The notes beneath the pieces are model-generated. The model was not told where the DNA came from and made no database searches. It saw only the letters and a program-made list of their open reading frames with translations. Position numbers and translations under genes: made by a program. From Octopus vulgaris (taxonomy: Eukaryota), in assembly GCA_951406725.2 (NCBI GenBank), contig OX597815.1, positions 59,582,001 through 59,646,000 on the forward strand: a stretch of DNA of 64,000 bases, given 5' to 3'. How positions within the stretch are numbered: the first letter of the stretch is position 1; the number at the start of each line of letters is the position of its first letter. Positions 1-22,574 of this stretch are shown here, one piece after another.

Positions 1-82
1 AGTTAGCTATTTGATACCCAAACTGTATCCATATAACCGTTGTTCTCTTTTAGAGAGACTTAGTAATTTTAATATTTCTATT

Positions 83-683
<601 letters not shown>

Positions 684-685
<2 letters not shown>

Positions 686-1263
686 TCACAGAACTTGAGG
701 CGATCCAACGAATCTACACGAAGAAGATAGCCTCTGTGCAGCATACAAGCTACTGGGAGAGACTCAAGAGATTAAAGCTCTATTCCCTGGAGCGTAGGCG
801 AGAAAGATACGCCATAATATATATCTGGAAGATCCCGGAAGGTTTTGTCCCAGACTATGGCATCGAGAGTCACACAAACGCCAAAACCGGACGCCACTGC
901 GTAGTACCAAGGACTCCAAATTTGCCATCAAGATGTAGGACAAGATATTGTGATAGCCAGGGCTTCAGAGGCCCACGGCTCTTCAATGTCCTCCCGAAGA
1001 ACCTGAGGGACCTGCATGGTGTAGATGCGGATGTCTTTAAAGCAGGACTGGATCTCTTCCTGTCAGGTGTCCCGGATGAACCAACTTCACGGCAGGAGGT
1101 GCAGATGAGGGCGGCTGCATCGAACTCTCTCATGCATCAGATGGCGTTTGCTAAAAAGCATCCGTGAGGTAAACCCGTGTAGCAAACCAAATGGTGGTGC
1201 CCCAGCATGGCCACAGCTCATTAGCTGAAACTGGAAAAATCAAAATCAATCAAATCAAAATCA
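684..1263 (+). mobile_element. CR1-clade LINE family A, 3' fragment (~580 bp)
   Basis: Encodes the ORF2 C-terminus [27 protein letters not shown], stop at 1167. 3' UTR CCCCAGCATGGCCACAGCTCATTAGCTGAAACTGG and an (AAATC)-type tail match the 30737-35415 copy. Confidence 0.93.
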
Positions 1264-1274
1264 TATATATATAC

Positions 1275-1328
<54 letters not shown>

Positions 1329-1409
1329 ATACATATATATATATACATACATATATATATATATATATACATGTATATATATACATACATAGATATATAT
1401 ACATACATC

Positions 1410-1535
1410 CGAAGGCTGCACCAGGCCAGTCAGATCTGGCAGTGTTTCTACAGCTGGATGCCCTTCCTAACGCCAACCACTCCGAGAGTGTAGTGGGTGA
1501 TTTTTTATGTACCTGTGTCAGTGGCACATAAAATC
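1410..1535 (-). mobile_element. RTE LINE 3' UTR fragment with a short inverted segment (1511-1535)
   Basis: Matches 4758-4860 (GGATGCCCTTCCTAACGCCAACCACTCCGAGAG). ACCTGTGTCAGTGGCACATAAAATC is the reverse complement of the expected continuation. Confidence 0.85.
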
Positions 1536-1572
1536 GAGAGATTGTCGGAAGCGACACCTACTGGCTGGCTAC

Positions 1573-1614
1573 GCTGCATTGAAAAGGGGCAATAGCCCGA
1601 AACGCGTCTGTAGC
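1573..1614 (+). ncRNA. Minimal type I hammerhead ribozyme, U3-A8 core variant
   Basis: GCTGCA-TTGAAAA-g-GGGC(aata)GCCC-GAAA-CGCG-TC-TGTAGC. Helix I extends via 1562-1569/1616-1623; palindromic helix III; GUC site. Confidence 0.8.
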
Positions 1615-1780
1615 TGCCGGTCAAGTAGTGTGGAGCGACTGACCTCCCTTGTTCGAAGGTTATATGGAAACAGTTTGTGTATCAAATAGCTAACTTAAGG
1701 TGATGGCCTCATGGAGCTAATAAGCGGACAGCTTTTTTCTTATTTTTATAAGAATGCCATATTAGTATGGCGATAACTAT

Positions 1781-2365
<585 letters not shown>

Positions 2366-4203
2366 GATTCATTGATTCATTGATTCATTCTAGTTTCAGC
2401 TTATGAGCTGTGGCCATGCTGGGGCACCGCCATTTGGTGTTGCTACTTGGTTTCACTTCATGGAGGCTTTCTAGCAACTGCTATTTGGTGTATGAGAGAG
2501 TTCGATGCAGCTGCCCTCATCTGCCCCTCCTGCCGTGAAGTTGGTTCATCTGGGACATCTGACAGGAAGAGATCCAGCTCCATTTTAAAGACATCTGTAT
2601 CCACCCCATGCAGGTCTCTCAGGTTCTTCGGGAGGATATTGAAGAGCTGTGGGCCTCGGAAGCCCAGGCTATCACAGAATCTTGTCCTACATCTTGATGG
2701 CAAGTTTGGAGTCCTAGGCACCACGCAGTGGCGCCCAGTTCTGGCATTTGCGTTACTCTCGATGCCAAAGTTCAGGACACTTCCCTCCAGGATCTTCCAG
2801 ATGTATATTATGCCATATCTTTCCCGCCGACGCTCCAGGGAATATAATTTTAATCTCTTGAGTCTTTCCCAGTAGCTTACATTCTGCATAGAGGCTATCT
2901 TCTTCGTGTAGCTTCGTTGGATCGCCTCAAGTTCTGTGATCAACTTGACACTGGATGGTGACCATAGCTGAGAGCAATAGTCAAAGTGGCTTAGGACAAG
3001 TGTCTTCCAGAGGACCATCATGGTTTCTTGTTCTCTTGTTCTAAAGGTTCTAAGAATCCATCCAGCCAGCCGTCTGCATTTCATTGTCAGTTTAGCAACA
3101 TGTACATGAAAGGTCGCGTCATCACTCATGTGAATACCCAGGTCACGCACTGATTGTGCCTCTGGGATTGCAATCCCTCCGGGTCCAGTGTATTCCTTGG
3201 GAATTGCATTCAGTTTTGCATGCTGATAGTATAAAGCTTGAAACTTTTCAGCATTGAACTGCATGCTATTCTTTTCAGCCCACTTGTATATTTCGTCCAG
3301 CTCATATTGCAGGTGCCTAGTGTCTTCAGGGTTCCGTATTGCCTGTGAAACTTTTGTATCATCTGCATAACTTGTGATCGTGGCTCTCCGCGTGGCTGAG
3401 GGCATGTCTGAGAGGGCCATTATGAACAGTAGTGGTCCCAAAACAGTGCCTTGCGGAACACCGCTCACTATTTGCGTGCTAATGGAAGTGGCCCCATTGG
3501 CTACTACCACCTGACTTCTATTCTTCAGAAAGTCGTGAAGCCATTCTCCTAGTTTTCCAACTATGCCAAGGTCACGCAGTTTGTGACATATCATTCCATG
3601 ATCGACTTTATCGAAGGCCTTTGCGAAGTCGAGATATATGACTTCCACATTTGAGTGGTTGAGCAGTTGTTTCAGCACCCAGTCATAGTGCTGCAGGAGC
3701 TGAGTTAAGCAGCTTCTTCCTGGTCGGAAACCATGTTGGGTGTCAGGCAGGAAGTTATTTTCTTCAAGGAAGGTGATTAGTTTCCTTCTGACTATTCGTT
3801 CCATGACCTTGCTGATGTGTGAGGTCAGAGAGATAGGTCTGTAGTTCTTGGCCTCCGCTCTGCTACCTCCTTTATGAAAAGGGCATATTTTACCTTCCCT
3901 CAGTTTTCTTGGACGTTTGCCAGCTGCAAGGAAGCTCTGAAAGAGGAACTGCAGTGGTCTTGCTAAGACTCTCTTACATACTTTTAGGAGGATTGCCGGG
4001 AATCCATCGGGGCCAATAGCTGAGTCTGTTTTCATTTCATCTATAGCCTTTATTACATCGTCTTCCTTTATATCGATGTAATTTATCGTCGCCGCCTCTG
4101 ATTCTATATCTGCAGTGGTAAAGAAGTCTGTTGGATTGCTGATTTGGAAATGCCCAAGGGGTGGAGTGAAAACACTCTTGAATTGTTCATTCAGTATTTC
4201 ACA
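2366..4203 (-). mobile_element. CR1-clade LINE family A, 5'-truncated, RT reading frame open
   Basis: Motifs [43 protein letters not shown] and YADD within ORF 2458-4203. Tail is (AATGAATC)n. The ORF's N-terminal YI run is microsatellite. Confidence 0.96.
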
Positions 4204-4234
4204 TACATATATATATATACATATATATACATAC

Positions 4235-4287
<53 letters not shown>

Positions 4288-4488
4288 TATACATATATAT
4301 ATATACATACATATATATATATACATACATATATTTATATACATATATATATATATATATACATATATATAAAAAAGGAAATGATGAAAATGCTGACAAA
4401 ATAATTTAAGTAATTTAATTAGGTAAAAGTTCTTTTTACCGGTTGCACATTTGTTATGCTTATCAAAAGATTAGAGTTTCTTTCTGAT

Positions 4489-4565
<77 letters not shown>

Positions 4566-4614
4566 ATATATATATGTATGTATATATATATATGTATGTA
4601 TATATATATATATG

Positions 4615-4645
<31 letters not shown>

Positions 4646-4676
4646 GTATGTATATATATGTATATATATATATATA

Positions 4677-7600
4677 TCATCATCATCATCATCATCATTT
4701 AGCGTCCGTTTTCCATGCTAGCATGGGTTGGACGGTTCAACTGGGGTCTGGGGAGCCCGAAGGCTGCACCAGGCCAGTCAGATCTGGCAGTGTTTCTACA
4801 GCTGGATGCCCTTCCTAACGCCAACCACTCCGAGAGTGTAGTGGGTGATTTTATGTGCCACCGACACAGGTGCCAGACGAGGCTGGCAGACGGCCACGCT
4901 CGGATGGTGTTTTTATGTGCCACCGACACAGGTGCCAGATGAGGCTGGCGGACGGCCACGATCGGATGGTGTTTGTTACGTCCCCAAAGCACGGAGGCCA
5001 GTCTATGCGGTACTGGCTACGGCCACGTTCGGATGATTTTCTTGTGTGCCACCGGCACTGGTACCACAAAGATACAAATTCCATTGATGTTCATCTATTT
5101 TGATTTGTTTTGATTTGATTTGATTTGATTTTCACTTGCCTCAACAGGTCTTCACAAGTGTCACAAGAAGGAAGGTATGCACAGGTGGACTGACTACGTC
5201 CCAGGTAGGGGCCACGGGTTATGGCCTGACTAGTCTTGCCGGGTCTTCGGATGGTGTTTTTATGTGCCACCGACACAGGTGCCAGATGAGGCTGGCGAAC
5301 GGCCACGATCGGATGGTGTTTGTTGCGTGCCCACAGCACGGAGGCCAGTCGATGCGGTACTGGCTACGGCCACGTTCGGATGGTTTTCTTGTGTGCCACC
5401 GGCACTGGTACCACAAGATACAAATTCCATTGATGTTCATCTATTTTGATTTGATTTGATTTGATTTTCACTTGCCTCAACAGGTCTTCACAGGTCTTCA
5501 CAAGTGTCACAAGAAGGAAGGAAGGTATGCACAGGTGGACTGACTACGTCCCAAGTAGGGGCCATGGGTTATGGCCTGACTAGTCTTGCCGGGTCTTCGG
5601 TTGGTGTTTTTATGTGCCACCGACACAGGTGCCAGATGAGGCTGGCGGACGGCCACGATCGGATGGTGTTTGTTATGTGCCCACATCACAGAGGCCAGTC
5701 GATGCGGTACTGGCTACGGCCACGTTCGGATGGTTTTCTTGTGTGCCACCGGTACTGGTACCACAAAGATACAAATTCCATTGATGTTCATCTATTTTGA
5801 TTTGGTTTGATTTGATTTGATTTGATTTTGATTTTCACTTGCCTCAACAGGTCTTCACAAGTGTCATAAGTAGGAAGGTATGCACAGGTGGACTGACTAC
5901 GTCGCCGGGTCTTCGGATGGTGTTTTTATGTGCCACCGACACAGGTGCCAGATGAGGCTGGCGAACGGCCACGATCGGATGGTTTTCTTGTGTGCCACCG
6001 GTACTGGAACCACAAAGATACAAATTCCATTGATGTTCATCTATTTTGATTTGGTTTGATTTTCACTTGCCTCAACAGGTCTTCACAAGTTTGGTTTGAT
6101 TTTGATTTTCACTTGCCTCAACAGGTCTTCACAAGTGTCACACGTGTCACACACTTGCCTCAACACGTCTCCACAAGTGTCACACACTTGCCTCTGCCTC
6201 AACAGGTCTTCACAAAGTGTCACACACTTGCCTCTGCCTCAACAGGTCTTCACAAGTGTCACACTCTTGCCTCAACAGGTCTTCACAAGTGTCATAAGAG
6301 GGAAGGTATGCACAGGTGGACTGACTACGTCGCCGGGTCTTCGGATGGTGTTTTTATGTGCCACCGACACAGGTGCCAGATGAGGCTGGCGAACGGCCAC
6401 GATCAGATGGTGTTTGTTGTGCCCACAGCACGGAGGCCAGTCGATGCGGTACTGGCTACGGCCACGTTCGGATGGTTTTCTTGTGTGCCACCGGTACTGG
6501 AACCACAAAGATACAAATTCCATTGATGTTCATCTATTTTGATTTGGTTTGATTTGATTTTTGATTTTTTTGATTTTCACTTGCCTCAACAGGTCTTCAC
6601 AAGGGTCACACACTTGCCTCAACAGGTCTCCACAAGTGTCACACACTTGCCTCTGCCTCAACAGGTCTTCACAAGTGTCACACACTTGCCTCAACAGGTC
6701 TTCACAAGTGTCATAAGAGGGAAGGTATGCACAGGTGGACTGACTACGTCGCCGGGTCTTCGGATGGTGTCTTTATGTGCCACCGACACAGGTGCCAGAT
6801 GAGGCTGGCGAACGGCCACGATCGGATGGTGTTTGTTGCGTGCCCACAGCACGGAGGCCAGTCGATGCGGTACTGGCTACGGCCACGTTCGGATGGTTTT
6901 CTTGTGTGCCACCGGCACTGGTACCACAAGATACAAATTCCATTGATGTTCATCTATTTTGATTTGATTTGATTTGATTTTCACTTGCCTCAACAGGTCT
7001 TCACAGGTCTTCACAAGTGTCACAAGAAGGAAGGAAGGTATGCACAGGTGGACTGACTACGTCCCAAGTAGGGGCCATGGGTTATGGCCTGACTAGTCTT
7101 GCCGGGTCTTCGGTTGGTGTTTTTATGTGCCACCGACACAGGTGCCAGATGAGGCTGGCGGACGGCCACGATCGGATGGTGTTTGTTATGTGCCCACATC
7201 ACAGAGGCCAGTCGATGCGGTACTGGCTACGGCCACGTTCGGATGGTTTTCTTGTGTGCCACCGGTACTGGTACCACAAAGATACAAATTCCATTGATGT
7301 TCATCTATTTTGATTTGGTTTGATTTGATTTGATTTGATTTTGATTTTCACTTGCCTCAACAGGTCTTCACAAGTGTCATAAGTAGGAAGGTATGCACAG
7401 GTGGACTGACTACGTCGCCGGGTCTTCGGATGGTGTTTTTATGTGCCACCGACACAGGTGCCAGATGAGGCTGGCGAACGGCCACGATCGGATGGTTTTC
7501 TTGTGTGCCACCGGTACTGGAACCACAAAGATACAAATTCCATTGATGTTCATCTATTTTGATTTGGTTTGATTTTCACTTGCCTCAACAGGTCTTCACA

Positions 7601-10558
7601 AGTTTGGTTTGATTTTGATTTTCACTTGCCTCAACAGGTCTTCACAAGTGTCACACGTGTCACACACTTGCCTCAACACGTCTCCACAAGTGTCACACAC
7701 TTGCCTCTGCCTCAACAGGTCTTCACAAAGTGTCACACACTTGCCTCTGCCTCAACAGGTCTTCACAAGTGTCACACTCTTGCCTCAACAGGTCTTCACA
7801 AGTGTCATAAGAGGGAAGGTATGCACAGGTGGACTGACTACGTCGCCGGGTCTTCGGATGGTGTTTTTATGTGCCACCGACACAGGTGCCAGATGAGGCT
7901 GGCGAACGGCCACGATCAGATGGTGTTTGTTGTGCCCACAGCACGGAGGCCAGTCGATGCGGTACTGGCTACGGCCACGTTCGGATGGTTTTCTTGTGTG
8001 CCACCGGTACTGGAACCACAAAGATACAAATTCCATTGATGTTCATCTATTTTGATTTGGTTTGATTTGATTTTTGATTTTTTTGATTTTCACTTGCCTC
8101 AACAGGTCTTCACAAGGGTCACACACTTGCCTCAACAGGTCTCCACAAGTGTCACACACTTGCCTCTGCCTCAACAGGTCTTCACAAGTGTCACACACTT
8201 GCCTCAACAGGTCTTCACAAGTGTCATAAGAGGGAAGGTATGCACAGGTGGACTGACTACGTCGCCGGGTCTTCGGATGGTGTCTTTATGTGCCACCGAC
8301 ACAGGTGCCAGATGAGGCTGGCGAACGGCCACGATCGGATGGTGTTTGTTGCGTGCCCACAGCACGGAGGCCAGTCGATGCGGTACTGGCTACGGCCACG
8401 TTCGGATGGTTTTCTTGTGTGCCACCGGCACTGGTACCACAAGATACAAATTCCATTGATGTTCATCTATTTTGATTTGATTTGATTTGATTTTCACTTG
8501 CCTCAACAGGTCTTCACAGGTCTTCACAAGTGTCACAAGAAGGAAGGAAGGTATGCACAGGTGGACTGACTACGTCCCAAGTAGGGGCCATGGGTTATGG
8601 CCTGACTAGTCTTGCCGGGTCTTCGGTTGGTGTTTTTATGTGCCACCGACACAGGTGCCAGATGAGGCTGGCGGACGGCCACGATCGGATGGTGTTTGTT
8701 ATGTGCCCACATCACAGAGGCCAGTCGATGCGGTACTGGCTACGGCCACGTTCGGATGGTTTTCTTGTGTGCCACCGGTACTGGTACCACAAAGATACAA
8801 ATTCCATTGATGTTCATCTATTTTGATTTGGTTTGATTTGATTTGATTTGATTTTGATTTTCACTTGCCTCAACAGGTCTTCACAAGTGTCATAAGTAGG
8901 AAGGTATGCACAGGTGGACTGACTACGTCGCCGGGTCTTCGGATGGTGTTTTTATGTGCCACCGACACAGGTGCCAGATGAGGCTGGCGAACGGCCACGA
9001 TCGGATGGTTTTCTTGTGTGCCACCGGTACTGGAACCACAAAGATACAAATTCCATTGATGTTCATCTATTTTGATTTGGTTTGATTTTCACTTGCCTCA
9101 ACAGGTCTTCACAAGTTTGGTTTGATTTTGATTTTCACTTGCCTCAACAGGTCTTCACAAGTGTCACACGTGTCACACACTTGCCTCAACACGTCTCCAC
9201 AAGTGTCACACACTTGCCTCTGCCTCAACAGGTCTTCACAAAGTGTCACACACTTGCCTCTGCCTCAACAGGTCTTCACAAGTGTCACACTCTTGCCTCA
9301 ACAGGTCTTCACAAGTGTCATAAGAGGGAAGGTATGCACAGGTGGACTGACTACGTCGCCGGGTCTTCGGATGGTGTTTTTATGTGCCACCGACACAGGT
9401 GCCAGATGAGGCTGGCGAACGGCCACGATCAGATGGTGTTTGTTGTGCCCACAGCACGGAGGCCAGTCGATGCGGTACTGGCTACGGCCACGTTCGGATG
9501 GTTTTCTTGTGTGCCACCGGTACTGGAACCACAAAGATACAAATTCCATTGATGTTCATCTATTTTGATTTGGTTTGATTTGATTTTTGATTTTTTTGAT
9601 TTTCACTTGCCTCAACAGGTCTTCACAAGGGTCACACACTTGCCTCAACAGGTCTCCACAAGTGTCACACACTTGCCTCTGCCTCAACAGGTCTTCACAA
9701 GTGTCACACACTTGCCTCAACAGGTCTTCACAAGTGTCATAAGAGGGAAGGTATGCACAGGTGGACTGACTACGTCGCCGGGTCTTCGGATGGTGTCTTT
9801 ATGTGCCACCGACACAGGTGCCAGATGAGGCTGGCGAACGGCCACGATCGGATGGTGTTTGTTGTGCCCACAGCACGGAGGCCAGTCGATGCGGTACTGG
9901 CTACGGCCACGTTTGGGTGGTTTTCTTGTGTGCCACCGGCACTGGTACCACAAAGAATACAATTCCACTGATGTTCATCTATTTTGATTTGTTTTGATTT
10001 GATTTGATTTTCACTTGCCTCAACAGGTCTTCATAAGTGTCACAAGAAGGAAGGTATGCACAGGAGGACTGACTACGTCCCAGGTAGGGACCACGGGTTA
10101 TGGCCTGACTAGTCTTGCCGGGTCTTCTCACGCACAGCATACTTCCATAGGTCTCGGTCTCTAGACATTTCCTTAGTGAGACCTAAAGTTCGAAGGTCGT
10201 GCTTCACCACCTCGTCCCAGGTTTTCCTGGGTCTACCTCTTCCACAGGTTCCCTCAACTGCTAGGGTGTAACACTTTTGCACACAACTATCTTCAGCCTT
10301 TCTCGTCACATGACCATACCAGCGCAGCCGTCTCTCTTGCACACCACAACTGACGCTTCTTAGGTTCAACTTTTCTCTCAAGGAACTTACACTCTGACGA
10401 TTATGAACACTGACATTACACATCCATCGGAGCATACTGGCTTCATTTCTTGCGAGCTTACGCATATCCTCAGCAGTCACGGCCCATGTTTCACTACCAT
10501 GTAGCATGGCTGTACGTACACATGCATCATACAGTCTGCCTTTTACTCTGAGCGAGGA
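4677..10558 (-). mobile_element. RTE-clade LINE, 5'-truncated, with amplified 3' UTR
   Basis: ORF end 10109-10558 (LHGSETWAVT...RRLRWYGHV...GRGRPRKTW) matches the 17710-21490 copy. (GAT)n tail at 4677-4698. Confidence 0.92.
5240..9850. repeat. Higher-order tandem array of RTE 3' UTR, 1513-bp period, ~3 copies
   Basis: Matching ORFs recur at 5264/6777/8290/9803 and 5504/7017/8530. Each period has four subunits of ~351, 249, 493 and 420 bp, marked by GATACAAATTCCATTGATGTTCATC. Confidence 0.95.
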
Positions 10559-10797
10559 AATGTCTCCCATTGCCTAACCCAGGCCCAAAGAAGGATTTCA
10601 ACCCAGTACCTTCAGCAGTTCAAACCAACTATTCAGTGACTGTTTTTTTGTTTGTACCTATTTATAGTTAGGGCAAAAGATGCTAATGAGAGTTCACTGT
10701 CTTAGTCAACAAGCAAACCACAATAGTAGTGATTGTAGAGGCAAGATATGAACTGCTGGTCATCATTTTTCCCTTAAAACAATCAATTTGACCATCA

Positions 10798-12508
<1,711 letters not shown>

Positions 12509-12593
12509 AAATGGCGGTGCCCCAGCAAAATGGCGCTGCCCCAGCATGGCTACAGCTCATAAGCTGAAACTGGAAAAATCAAAATCAAAATCA
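12509..12593 (+). mobile_element. CR1 family A extreme 3' end only (~85 bp) with a duplicated 5' segment
   Basis: AAATGGCGGTGCCCCAGCA is followed by AAATGGCGCTGCCCCAGCATGGCTACAGCTCATAAGCTGAAACTGG and an (AAAATC)n tail. Confidence 0.9.
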
Positions 12594-12655
12594 TATGTAT
12601 ATATATATATGTATATATATATATATGTATATATATATATGTATAGATATATATG

Positions 12656-12768
<113 letters not shown>

Positions 12769-12801
12769 GTATATGTATATATATATATGTATATATATAT
12801 A

Positions 12802-13297
12802 TCATCATCATCATCATCATCGTTTAGCGTCTGTTTTCCATGCTAGCATGGGTTGGACGGTTCTACTGGGGTCTGTGAAGCCAGAAGGCTTCATCAGGCC
12901 CAGTCAAATCTGGCAGTGTTTCTACGGCTGGATGCCCTTCCTAACGCCAACCACTCCGTGAGTGTAGTGGGTGCTTTTTACGTGCCACCCGCACTGGTGC
13001 CAGACAGAGCTGGCAAACGGCCACGAACGGATAGTGCTTTTTATGTTCCACCGGCACGAGGGCCAGGCGAGGCTGGCAACGGACATGAAACGGGGCGGTG
13101 CTGGCAACGGTCGCGAAACGGAAAGTTCTCTTACATGCCACCGGCACTGGTAACACATCTGCAATTTCCATTGATCGATTTCCAGTGATCGATTTCGATT
13201 CTGATCCTCACTTGCCTCAATGGGTCTTCACAAGTAGAGTTTCGACATGCCACCGGCACTGGTAACACATCCGCAATTTCCATTGATCGATTTCGAT
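12802..13297 (-). mobile_element. RTE 3' UTR, second subfamily
   Basis: (GAT)n tail and the conserved GGATGCCCTTCCTAACGCCAACCAC block; internal duplication of ACATGCCACCGGCACTGGTAACACATC. Confidence 0.85.
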
Positions 13298-14600
<1,303 letters not shown>

Positions 14601-17600
14601 CCAGACTCAACCACCATACAGCACAATACGACACTAGGATAAGAAATACACCACACACAAATCGCTACTACCCCATGAACCAAAACTACTGGTCCCCACT
14701 AAACACAAGACAAACGCAAAGAAACACTATGTCAAACAACATCCCACATACAAGAAGTTCGAAACAAAAATATTTCCCATACAGAAATTTTACACACACC
14801 ACAAGCAATAACAACCATAGATTCCCACACACACACAACGATTGGAGGCAACAATACCACCACTCCCCCGACCAAATACCACACAACCTCACAGACAACT
14901 CATACAAACAAAATTACACCCAACATTTTTTAGCCAGGGACCAGGGACACCAGGACACAGGCTGGAACCTAGTAATAAGGAAAAACCGAAGATAATCAAT
15001 CTTTCAACCAAACCTCTTTCTAACATAAAAATTGACATCCTCGCAAAAGGGCTCAAATTTACACCAACTCCACGCAGAGCAAACCTAAATGAACTCAAGG
15101 ATAATATAACAGAATTTTGCAGAAAATTAAGACTAGCAGAAGCATCAAACAGTTTCAATACTGAAGATGAATCACTAGTCAAGAACAAAAGTGAACACAT
15201 CCCACACAGAGGAAGAAATAAAGATCTTGACGAATTCTGTAACCACATTGAGAACTTCCCCTACCATACTATACATAAACAGAAAGCTAACCCAAATTTT
15301 AACACTACACAATGGAAAGAACTGATAGAACTCCAAAATGATGAAGATATAACCATTAAGGAAGCGGACAAGGGAAATGCAGTTGTAATAATGGATACAT
15401 CATACTACAGAAATCTTGTAATTTCCTTGCTTGATGAAGACCTACATTATGAAAAAATTACCAACTACACCCCACAAAAAATAATGAAAACTCTATCTTC
15501 ACTAATTAAAACCCATGAAAAGGAACTGACAACCAAAGAGATTGATTTCCTAACAAACTTTAAATGCAAACCTAGCCTTTTCTATGGTCTACCAAAAATT
15601 CATAAAAGTCAAATTATAAATGAAACCATTAAAAAATCACCAAAGACATACATACACACACCTAATCCGGGGAACCTAAAACTACGACCCATTGTAGCTG
15701 GCCCAACCTGTGAAACACACAGACTAAGTCTACTTATGGACATCCTCCTGAAACCCTTCCTTAAACATATCGATAGCCATATCAGAGATGACTTAGATAT
15801 GTTAAACCACCTTCCAAAAAAAACCAAGGAAGAAACAATCCTGGTTTCATTTGATGTAGTCAACTTGTATACCAGTATACCTCATAATTATGGACTGGAG
15901 GCAATACAGTTCTGGTTAGACCAATTTCCGGAAGAAATACCAAAAAAGATCAGTAAGGAATTCATTACTAAATCAATTGAATTCATCCTACACAATAACC
16001 ACTTCATGTTTGACAATACATTTTACCGTCAAAAATCCGGAATTGCTATGGGTACAAGGGCAGCACCAGTCATTGCGAACTTAACAATGGGATACATGGA
16101 AATAATCATTTACCAGGAATCTCTATCAATCTTTGGAAACTCCTCTCTCAATACATAAAAGAGAATTGGAAACGATTCCTAGACGATTGTTTCATTCTCT
16201 GGAATGAAAACATAGATAAACTCCTAAAATTTAAAAACCTATTGAACAGCATAAACCCAAATATACAGTTCACAATGGAATACAACCAAAAGGAGCTCCC
16301 GTTCTTGGATATACTAATTAAAAAAATTAACCTTAAAATAGAAACAGACATTTTTTACAAAGCCACAGACGCCAAACAATACCTTCTTTTTAATTCATGC
16401 CACCCAAGACACACTAAAACAAACATCCCCTTCAACCTTGCAAGAAGGATATGCACAATAGTGTCAGAACAAAATACCAGGAACTTTAGACTGCAAGAAC
16501 TCAAAAACACCCTGATTGACAGACATTACCCAGCTCAACTCATAGAGGATGGGATCAGACGTGCAACAGAAATCAACATAGAAACTTTAAGAAAAGTTCA
16601 ACACAACAACACACCTTCCCCGAAAATACTACCTTACATATCTACATACAACCCCAGAAACAAAGAAGCCTTCACCATCATCACCCAGAATTTACCAATA
16701 CTTCATAAAAACCCAAAATTAAAGGAAATTCTAAACATACACCAAATCATTAAAAGCTACAAACAGCCTAAATCACTTAAAAAGATTCTCACAAAGGCAA
16801 AATTGTCTTCTAAAATTACGGATGCAAAAGTAAAAAAATGTGGTAGATCGAACTGTGCAACATGTCCTAACCTATTGGAAGGATCAGAATTCTTCTTTAA
16901 AGAGGGACAGAGATTCAAGATCAAATCTAACTTTACTTGTGCCTCTGAAAACATAATTTATGTCATTAAATGCTCGGGCTGCCACCAAGACTACGTGGGT
17001 TCCACGGGACTATCACTCAGGCGTAGATGCACACTGCATCGACAACAGATTGCATTCCCAGAATATAGAATGATACCTTTTAGTAAGCACATTGAAAAAT
17101 GCGCAAAGCAACTACTGCCACAATTTTTAATCTTCCCATTTTACCAATGTGCTTTCGGATCATCAACACAAATGAGACTGAACAAGGAAATATTCTTCAT
17201 TGAAAAGTACAAACCCAGACTCAACCATCCAAACATACTGACACAGAGAAATTAACAAGGGAAAAGGAAAAAAAATTTTTAAGCGATTATCTCCCTTACA
17301 CCGGAAGAAATCACTCACTACCTCCCCTTATTTAGAAATCTCCTGAAAATAAATACAACGATAACTCCATGCAATATAAACATAACGTCACAAGAAATTT
17401 GAAAAGCTACACGCGAAACCGGTAATTTCTTTAAAAATTTTAAAATTATGTCATTTTAAGGAAAGGAAAAAAATTTTTCCAATATTCTCCAGACATTTTG
17501 ACACAAATATATATATTTTTTAACATTTAAGCCTTCTGTCGTTTTTTCACTCTTTACTATTTTCTTATATATTCACCCACGTGCTTTACCAAACAAACTT

Positions 17601-17607
17601 TCTTATC
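14601..17607 (+). mobile_element. Penelope-like element, near-complete RT + GIY-YIG endonuclease, one frameshift at ~16145
   Basis: Motifs KGLKFTPTP, ADKGNAVVIMD, FYGLPKIHK, LRPIVAG, FDVVNLYTSIP, GIAMGT, RFLDD, LPFLDI, SCHP, CGRSNCATC linker, NIIYVIKC...YVGSTG; coding 14842-17255. Hammerhead in the 3' UTR. Confidence 0.95.
17392..17431 (+). ncRNA. Minimal type I hammerhead ribozyme, U3-A8 variant, in PLE 3' UTR
   Basis: AAGAAAT-TTGAAAA-GC(tacac)GC-GAAA-CCGG-TA-ATTTCTT; 7-bp helix I. Confidence 0.85.
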
Positions 17608-17609
17608 TA

Positions 17610-22446
<4,837 letters not shown>

Positions 22447-22447
22447 A

Positions 22448-22484
<37 letters not shown>

Positions 22485-22523
22485 GTATGTATATATATAT
22501 GTATATATATATATATGTATATA

Positions 22524-22571
<48 letters not shown>

Positions 22572-22574
<3 letters not shown>

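Noticed and set aside
4371-4497. Island with a GCAA-CCGG-TA half motif on the minus strand
   Set aside because: GAAA is mutated and there is no 5' core; possibly a PLE end remnant but unsupported.
6060-6300. CRISPR-like ~30-bp partially palindromic repeats
   Set aside because: No unique spacers and no cas genes; they are part of an RTE 3' UTR in eukaryotic DNA.
4845-9997. Recurring small ORFs (MPPTQVPDEAG..., MCHRHRCQ...)
   Set aside because: Antisense to an RTE UTR, frames shift between copies, and no domain is recognisable.
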